Shown here one piece after another: positions 63,932 to 64,000 of a DNA stretch of 64,000 nucleotides. Below the pieces are notes generated by a model. The model made no database searches. It was not told the origin of the DNA and worked only from the letters and a program-made list of their open reading frames with translations. How positions within the stretch are numbered: the first letter of the stretch is position 1; each line of letters begins with the position of its first letter. This stretch comes from Octopus vulgaris (Eukaryota): assembly GCA_951406725.2 (NCBI GenBank), contig OX597832.1:2976001-3040000 (forward strand). Direction: 5' to 3'. The position numbers were made by a program, and so were the translations under genes.

Positions 63932-64000
63932 GCATATATATATATATATATATGCATATATATATATGCATATATATATATATATATGCATATATATATA
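61937..64000. repeat. (CA)n then about 2 kb of (TA)n interrupted by GC/GT/AC (TGCA(TA)n satellite); runs off the window
   Basis: Directly visible; one unique spacer at about 62850-62905. Confidence 0.98.

Noticed and set aside
61884-63991. Long YI/MHIY-rich ORFs (up to 416 aa) on both strands
   Set aside because: Translations of the (TA)n/TGCA satellite, which lacks stop codons by composition.
1-64000. CRISPR arrays, rRNA genes or prokaryotic operons
   Set aside because: None seen; the sequence is intron-rich eukaryotic DNA and its repeats are microsatellites or transposons.

Overview
AT-rich, microsatellite- and transposon-dense eukaryotic DNA. The tRNA-derived SINE families and (TA)n/(CA)n load point to an octopus/coleoid cephalopod genome (inference, not searched). 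The window holds the 5' part of one + strand gene, a cohesin subunit SA/stromalin (STAG1/2 family). Seven coding exons splice in frame with GT-AG boundaries (11443-34292), then comes a 26.9-kb intron. The next 124-nt exon, which encodes part of the stromalin conserved domain (SCD), is present as TWO intact tandem copies (61162-61285 and 61324-61447) only 38 nt apart. This is the architecture of mutually exclusive exons and is the main finding. Introns and flanks contain piggyBac, mariner/Tc1, Merlin, hAT, Gypsy-like LTR, RTE/CR1 LINE, Penelope-like and SINE remnants, three of them carrying hammerhead-ribozyme-like motifs. The window ends in about 2 kb of (TA)n/TGCA satellite. Almost all ORFs in the supplied track are spurious or transposon-derived. 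Repeat boundaries are approximate unless TIRs/TSDs are quoted.
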